Shown here piece after piece: positions 63,131 to 64,000 of a stretch of DNA of 64,000 nucleotides; the stretch's first letter is position 1, and each line of letters starts with the position of its first letter. The position numbers and the translations under genes are program-made. This stretch comes from Octopus sinensis (Eukaryota). The stretch is from positions 47,740,001-47,804,000 of the forward strand of contig NC_043015.1 in the NCBI RefSeq assembly GCF_006345805.1. The letters run 5' to 3'. The notes under the pieces were generated by a model that worked only from the letters and a program-made list of their open reading frames with translations, was not told the origin of the DNA and did not search any database.

Positions 63131-64000
63131 CTTTATTAAAAACTGTACTCACAAAAGGAACTATCCATGCAATATTCAATCATCATCATTTAACGTTTAT
63201 CTTCAATACTGGCAAGAATTGGATGGTGCAACAGAATTTGATGAGCCAGAGGACTACATCAAGCACCAATGTCTGCTTTATCATGGTTTCTATGGCTGGC
63301 TGCCCTTCCTAATGCCAACCACTTTACAGAATGTACTATGTGCTTCTTTTTGTGGAATTGGCATTAGCGAGATCAAGTAACTCACAAGAGAATAGGAGTA
63401 CAATATTGAAAAAGATGGCTTTATGTTGGGTGAGGAGAGGCTAAAGTATGATATGGGAAACAGGATCGGGCATCTTGCTATAGAAGAGATACATGCATTA
63501 CATAAGGGTGGGTGGGAGAACTGGAAAGAGAGATAAGGATGGTGATGATAAGGTATCAGGGCATACAGCCATAGTACAAGAAGGTGAGTAAAAAAGGGAA
63601 TAGGGGAAGATGATTGGGAAAGGGTAGTGGTAAATTTGCAGGAGTGTGAGACACGATTATGATAGTCAATTGTTTTAATTTTCTAAATTAGTTGCATAGT
63701 AAAAAAATTAGGAAGACCTTATCCATGTGAGCTAAGAGTTGTAAATTAATGTAACACCTCATCATCATCCATATTCAGGGTTTCATCAGTCCTGAAGGGA
63801 GAAACCCCTCTATGGACTCCTTCCACTGCTGTGTCTCTGGTCAGTCATGACCATGTAGGCCCCAGGCAGAGGGTGAAATCATCTTGCCATTTGTCTTTGG
63901 TCAGCCTCTTGAGCTTGTCCATTGTCTTGGGTCCATTCCATCACCCTAATTGTCCATCTGTTGTCCTTCATCATCATTTAACATCCATTTACCATGCTTG

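Overview
AT-rich, repeat-saturated animal DNA, most likely from an octopod cephalopod. This is inferred from the tRNA-derived SINE families, the very dense (TA)n/(TACA)n/(AGAT)n/(AAT)n microsatellites and an 18S rRNA fragment with a long GC-rich V4. Almost all ORFs in the track are microsatellite or SINE artefacts. I recognise one host coding exon: the last exon of GDP-L-fucose synthase (GFUS/TSTA3) on the minus strand at 62372-62427. The rest is nested mobile DNA: several tRNA-SINE families, an RTE-derived SINE, decayed Tx1/L1-like, CR1-like, RTE and restriction-like-endonuclease (R4/Dong-like) LINE fragments, mariner relics, hAT, piggyBac and Tc1 MITEs, and a five-copy MITE with 8-bp TSDs that carries TTAGGG repeats. 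The most striking signal is RNA-level: about 11 hammerhead-ribozyme motifs in short non-coding Penelope-like repeats. They include (i) a tRNA-headed, hammerhead-tailed SINE-like element inserted as a head-to-head palindrome (51298-51811) and (ii) a candidate non-circularly permuted (pseudoknotted) hammerhead (39003-39062). All calls were read by eye. Repeat boundaries are approximate (about +/-10 bp) and no ribozyme activity is demonstrated.
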